From an uncultured delta proteobacterium (GTDB lineage Bacteria > Myxococcota > Kuafuiibacteriia > Kuafuiibacteriales > Kuafuiibacteriaceae): a stretch of DNA of 64,000 nucleotides. This document shows, piece after piece, positions 62,654 to 64,000 of this stretch. The notes under the pieces are model-generated. The model did no database searches. It worked only from the letters and a program-made list of their open reading frames with translations, and was not told where the DNA came from. The stretch covers positions 416,001 through 480,000 of the forward strand of contig CAWDML010000003.1 of NCBI GenBank assembly GCA_963803435.1, written 5' to 3'. Position numbers and translations under genes: made by a program. Every line of letters begins with the position of its first letter. Position 1 is the stretch's first letter.

Positions 62654-64000
62654 ATGCCCCCGGTGAACATCCAGCAGCGACTTTCTGCGGCCGCCCGCGA
62701 CGACTCCCACCATCGGCCCCTCTCGATCGACGCGGCCTCCGCGGACGCAGCCCTCCGTCTCACCGAGCTCTTCGACCGAGGTGAGGTTGCGACAGTCACC
62801 GACACGATCCTGGATCAGATCGCGGAGCTGTGTGCGGTGCGGGCACCTGCCGAGAAGGACCTCGCGCCGCGCGTCTCCGCGCTCCTGAGCGGCCGGGATC
62901 CGCATGTTTACGGCGTTTGGGTGCACTACCCCTGGTCGCGCCGGTTGGTGCACCTGCTGCCGGAGGCGGAGTTTCATGAGGTCCGGACCAGCCGCAACCG
63001 ATACAAGATCACCGCCGACGAGCAGCGCCGCCTGGCCCGCGCGACCATCGGGATCGTCGGACTGTCGGCGGGCCACTCCATCGCGACCACGCTGGCGCTC
63101 GAACGCACCGCCGGTGCGTATCGACTGGCGGACTTCGATCAGATGTCGCTGTCCAACCTGAATCGAGTGGTCGCACCAGTCGGCGAGCTGGGGATCAACA
63201 AGGTGGTCCTGACGGCGCGCCGCATGTTCGAGATCGATCCCTTCCTCGATATCTCGATCTTCCCCGAGGGCCTGGCCGAGGAGAGCTTCGCCCGCTTTCT
63301 CGACGGTGGGGGCCCGCTCGATCTCCTGGTGGAGGAGTGCGACGACCTCTACACCAAGGCGCGACTCCGGGAGCTGGCCAGGAGTCGTCGCATTCCAACA
63401 CTCATGGAGACGAACGATCGCGGCCTCCTCGACGTGGAGCGGTTCGACCTCGAGCCGGAACGCCCGCTCCTCCATGGACGCATCCCTGCCCGCGGCTCGG
63501 AGGCCCTCCGGGGGCTCGACACCAAGGGTAAGGTGCCCTTCGCGCTGGCGGTGGGAGACTACGAGCGGATCTCGCCCCGGGGCGCGGCCACCATGGCCGA
63601 GATCGGTCGCACCGTGGTCGGCTGGTCGCAGCTCGGCTCGGGCACCACGCTGGGGGGCGCGGTGGCGGCGGACGCCGCGCGCAGGATTCTGCTCGGCGAT
63701 CTCCGGCGCTCGGGGCGCTATTACGTCGACCTCTCGGAGCTGGTCTCGGACGACGTCCCCGATCGTTCGGCGCCGCTCCCCGAGCCTCCATCGCGGTTTG
63801 CGCCGGTGCCGCAATGGAGCTCGCAGGCGCTGACCGAGACGCTGCGGGCGATCCTGGAGGCCGGGGTGGCGGCGCCGTCGGGCGGGAACTGCCAGCCCTG
63901 GTCCTTCCGCCTCCGCGAGGACGGTGCGCTCGACGTCGAGCACGACCGCACACGCTCGCACTCGATGCTGGACTTCGAGCATCGGGCTGCGCATCTGAGC
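62654..64000 (+). CDS. ThiF/E1-like adenylyltransferase-nitroreductase di-domain protein (Rv1355c/MoeY/OxzB-like), 3' partial
   Basis: Translated by hand: WVHYPWSRRLVHLL, RTSRNRYKIT..EQ..L, IGIVGLSAG, LADFD..SLSNLNR, EECDD, DRGLLDVERFDLEP.RP..HG, then APSGGNCQPWSF; 449 open codons to the window end. Confidence 0.88.
   Translation, partial: MPPVNIQQRLSAAARDDSHHRPLSIDAASADAALRLTELFDRGEVATVTDTILDQIAELCAVRAPAEKDLAPRVSALLSGRDPHVYGVWVHYPWSRRLVHLLPEAEFHEVRTSRNRYKITADEQRRLARATIGIVGLSAGHSIATTLALERTAGAYRLADFDQMSLSNLNRVVAPVGELGINKVVLTARRMFEIDPFLDISIFPEGLAEESFARFLDGGGPLDLLVEECDDLYTKARLRELARSRRIPTLMETNDRGLLDVERFDLEPERPLLHGRIPARGSEALRGLDTKGKVPFALAVGDYERISPRGAATMAEIGRTVVGWSQLGSGTTLGGAVAADAARRILLGDLRRSGRYYVDLSELVSDDVPDRSAPLPEPPSRFAPVPQWSSQALTETLRAILEAGVAAPSGGNCQPWSFRLREDGALDVEHDRTRSHSMLDFEHRAAHLS

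Noticed and set aside
62642-63994. 450 aa minus-strand ORF
   Set aside because: Shadow of the + strand ThiF-nitroreductase gene, which carries clear family motifs

Overview
High-GC, gene-dense bacterial window with a Myxococcota-like gene set (inferred from content). It holds several Hanks-type Ser/Thr kinases and pseudokinases, FHA and TPR proteins, three large Cys-rich repeat lipoproteins, a Wzm/Wzt polysaccharide locus with an AsnB-type amidotransferase, three GT4s and wbpE/wbpB-wbpD/wbpI-like genes, a DUF1521 (GDPH autocleavage) protein behind a sigma28-like promoter, PBP1A, a PMCA-type Ca2+ ATPase, PspA and an NlpC/P60-tamB-tamA operon. No rRNA, tRNA, CRISPR or transposase was seen. Best candidate new system (58.0-64.0 kb): a tandem-PilZ/GNAT-like protein, a REC-pseudo-histidine kinase, a lone REC, an intact REC-histidine kinase and a ThiF-nitroreductase (Rv1355c/OxzB-like; absent from the ORF track because it runs off the window). 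This may be a c-di-GMP/phosphorelay-coupled N-acyl-amino-acid or oxazolone signal module. Second pattern: eight genes carry a +1 frameshift and one of them also has an in-frame stop. Six of the frameshifts are the same + strand change AGATC->AGAATC and the stop is GATC->AATC, which points to motif-specific (probably DNA-methylation-induced) basecalling errors rather than true pseudogenes. A recurring TPR + Cys-rich-lipoprotein module and C-rich/G-poor codon tracts near gene 3' ends also stand out. All family assignments are motif recognition by eye; no database searches were run.
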